Below, in pieces: positions 61,219-64,000 of a stretch of DNA of 64,000 nucleotides (position 1 is its first letter; each line of letters starts with the position of its first letter). The position numbers and the translations under genes were made by a program. Where the stretch lies: NCBI GenBank assembly GCA_004431415.1, contig QPMI01000113.1:1-64000 (forward strand), read 5' to 3'. Below the pieces are notes generated by a model. The model saw only the letters and a program-made list of their open reading frames with translations, ran no database searches and had not been told where the DNA came from. This stretch comes from Cyanophora paradoxa CCMP329 (taxonomy: Eukaryota > Plantae > Glaucophyta).

Positions 61219-62658
61219 ATGAGGCGCTACGCGGTCCTGGCGGCCCTGTTGCTCGCGCTGGGCGCTGCAATTGCGGAGGAGAAGACTGCGACCAAGGTCG
61301 CCATCAACTTCCTCACGGGGTCCGCCTGCGCCTCCCGCCACAGGCGCTTGGAGTTGATCGAGCGCCGCGCGCAGAGAGTGGACGTTCTTGCGGCACCGCA
61401 TCGAAACGCAGTCGGGCCTCCCATCGCGTATGCTGACTCTGCGCGAGGCGCTCATCGCTCGCTCACGCGGCGCAGGCGATGGCGTGTACGGGCACATCTC
61501 GCTGAAGGAGGAGGGTGGAAACATTGTTGGCTACCTGTACGAGAACACGACCGGCCCAGCGCCCACGCTCGTGAACCGGCGGCTCATCCGCATGTTCGCC
61601 GCGCCCATCGCTAGCTTCGCGCGGCGAAGCATCGATATCTCACGCTTCCCTCTCAGCGAGCTCACGTCGACGATCGCGGGCGCGTTCAAGATAGCGCGGG
61701 CGGCGGCGGCGGACGGGAGCGCGGCCGCAGCGGCGGCGGAGGCCGACGGGGAGACCGTCCCTGGCGAGTTCTTCGACGTGGATTGGGAGGCGGAGGGGAC
61801 GCAGCGGGGTGCGCGCCGCGCCGACCGCGCTCGGCGCCCGCGGGACGGGCAGACGAGCGCGCTCCGGCGGCGGCGCAGACGTGACGGACGAGGAGGAGTT
61901 CGCGATGGGGGACGGCCACGAGAAGTTCCGCACCCTCTTCGAGTTCAGCCTGGACCCCGCCTTTCACGGCGGCCTCGTCTCCTACGACCGGTCCGCCGCA
62001 CCCCCCGGCCCTCTTCCCCTGCCCCAGCTCAGCGGGGCGGCAGGTGGCACGGGCGCGCGAAGGGCTTCGTGCAACTCCTGGCGACCACCACCTTCTCGTT
62101 CACGCTCACTGTTTCCTTCGACCCGGCCCCCGGCGCCCGCGGCCAGCAGGAGGTGGCGCGCCCCGCCGCGCCCCGTGCCCCGGGCCTCACCCCCTTCACC
62201 CTGCAGGTCTGGGTGCTGTACGCGCGGAAGAACGTTTCGGCGGGCGCGCAGGGGAGCTTCTGGCAGCGGTACGGCTCCACGGCTGCCATCCTCATCTTCT
62301 TCGTCGGTGCGCGCACCCGCGCCGCCGTGCCCCCGTGCCGTGGAGCCTCACTGCTCACCCCTGCAGTCTCCAAGCTCTTCCGCATGAAGTTCAAGACACA
62401 GCGGGGGGTGCCCCCGGCGGCCCAGCGGGCGCGCCTCCTCGCGCAGAAGCGGGCGCAGGAGAAGCAGGTGCGGCGGGGGGCGGACGTGCCTGCCAAGGCG
62501 GGGCCCTGACGCGGGGGCGGGGCGCGCAGGGCGGCAAGGACGTGCAGAAGGCGATCTCGATGCTGACGCGCCCCAAGGAGGGCGACGAGCGGCCCGTCCC
62601 CGCGCCACCCGCCGACGCCGGCGGCGGCGTCCTCGCCGAGACCAAGAAGGAGAGCTGA
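61219..62658 (+). CDS. Type I membrane protein, probably ER-resident
   Basis: Signal peptide MRRYAVLAALLLALGAAIA, a luminal domain, SFWQRYG + TM helix, and a C-terminal KKES (KKxx retrieval motif). Confidence 0.7.
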
Positions 62659-62740
62659 GGCGTCCCGCCCCCGGCGCCGCCCTCCCCGCGGCGACTGCGA
62701 CCTCGATTTGGAAACTTGCGCGTTTTAGTTCCTGTTGAAT

Positions 62741-64000
62741 CTAGCTGCCGAGCGAGAAAGAGCGGCGGGCCCGCGCTACTGGACGGGGCACCCTATCCTC
62801 GCGACCGGGGAGGGGGCGGGGGCCGCCGGCGCGCCGCCGCCGCCGCCGCCGCCCTCGTCGGCGGGGGCCGAGGGCGGGGCGCCGCAGACGGCCCAGCGGA
62901 AGGAGTCGAGCTCGGGGGGAGCTGCAGGCCCCGCGCCCCGCAGAGCGCGAGCGAGAGGGCCGCACCCCGCGCAGTCCTTCGCCGACGGCAGCGAGCGCGC
63001 CGCCGAGCGCGCCGACCCGAGCAGCCGCGCCGACGCCGCCGCCGCGAGCGCCGAGAAGCTGCTCTCCTGCGGCGGTGGGGCCGGGGCGGCCGCGGGGTCG
63101 AGGCCGGGGCGGGGACGGGCTCCGGGGCGGGGCGGGCGGCTCGGGGACGCTCTGGCCGGGGCGGGCCCCGACGTAGACGAGGAGGGCGCCGGCGTCCCGC
63201 GGGTCCCGTCGCCACGGCGCGTTCCTCGCCACGAGGCTTTGCTCCACCGCCGCCCGCACGGGGCCCGCCCCCGCCAGCGCCGGCGCCGGCGACGCCTCCA
63301 GCCGGCTCGTCTCGCCGACGTACACCTTGACCCAGCCGGCGAAGCCGCGGCGGGCGCGGGCGTCTAGACAGGCGCCGAGCATGTGGACCGCCTCCTTCGA
63401 GTGCAGACCCAGCAGGTCCACATGTTCCGCTTCCTCGTCCCGGTTCCGGCTCTGCGCCGTCGCCGTCGGCGGTCGCTGGCGCGGCGGCGGGGCGCGCGGA
63501 GCGGCCGCCGGGCGGGGCGAGCGGCACCTCGAAGATCTCCTGGCAGGCGCGCTCGTGTGCCTGTAGCCGCCCCCGTTCCTCCGCTGTCGCAGCGCCGCGG
63601 AGTTTGTTAGCCGTTTCTCTGTCGCCGTGCGCTGCTGCGATCTGCTCAACGCGGCGTGAGCGATGCGCACGCAATCGAAGCCCGCGGCGTCACCTTTGCC
63701 TGCGCCTGCGCGTCAGCCAGGGAAGCTGCGCATGCAGCGCTGGCGGGAAGGCGCCTGTTGTATGAAGGCATCTCGTCGTCGCGCGTGGTCTTCAATGCGG
63801 AAAGCGACTGGAGATTAGAGGCTTCGAACTTCGGCTTCTTGAAAGCTATGGACAAGCGAGCCATGCACCTTCGGCGAGCAACCTGTACTCGGCGCCGTGC
63901 AGGTGGAGATGGGCTTCGAGCGCATCCATCGAGCGACTCGCTCCGGCCGGGCCTCTCAGTCTCTTACCGAAGAGCCATCAACCAGTCAGCGGCGACTCGT
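62741..64000 (-). CDS. Smr-domain protein (DUF1771+Smr-like); start at 63864 or beyond the window
   Basis: AHERACQEIFE|SRNR...HVDLLGLHSKEAV...VKVYVGE...VRAAVEQSL...DAGALLVYV. Confidence 0.7.

Overview
A very GC-rich, intron-rich eukaryotic (protist/algal-type) nuclear window. Introns are short, often have GC donors, start C-rich and end G-rich, and some exons are micro-exons; a glaucophyte-like source is only a guess. Host genes: a patatin/cPLA2-like membrane phospholipase, an S10 serine carboxypeptidase, an Hv1-type proton channel, a SOX/MATA-type HMG-box protein, a CUB-domain acidic protein, a KKxx ER membrane protein, an Smr-domain protein and several hypothetical proteins. The centre is a 14,855-bp Ty3/gypsy LTR retrotransposon (25364-40218) with apparently identical 280-bp LTRs, non-canonical TA...GA ends and no TGG primer-binding site. 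Its coding region reconstructs to one ~4,180-codon polyprotein with large unassigned extra domains and an AT-hook-like linker, broken by a 420-bp internal inversion flanked by short inverted repeats. Also present are head-to-tail arrays of a Helentron/HINE-like rolling-circle element, a nest of MITEs, a tRNA-derived SINE-like element, minisatellites and local duplications. Single-base deletions in C/G runs are frequent and probably assembly errors, so gene coordinates are approximate.
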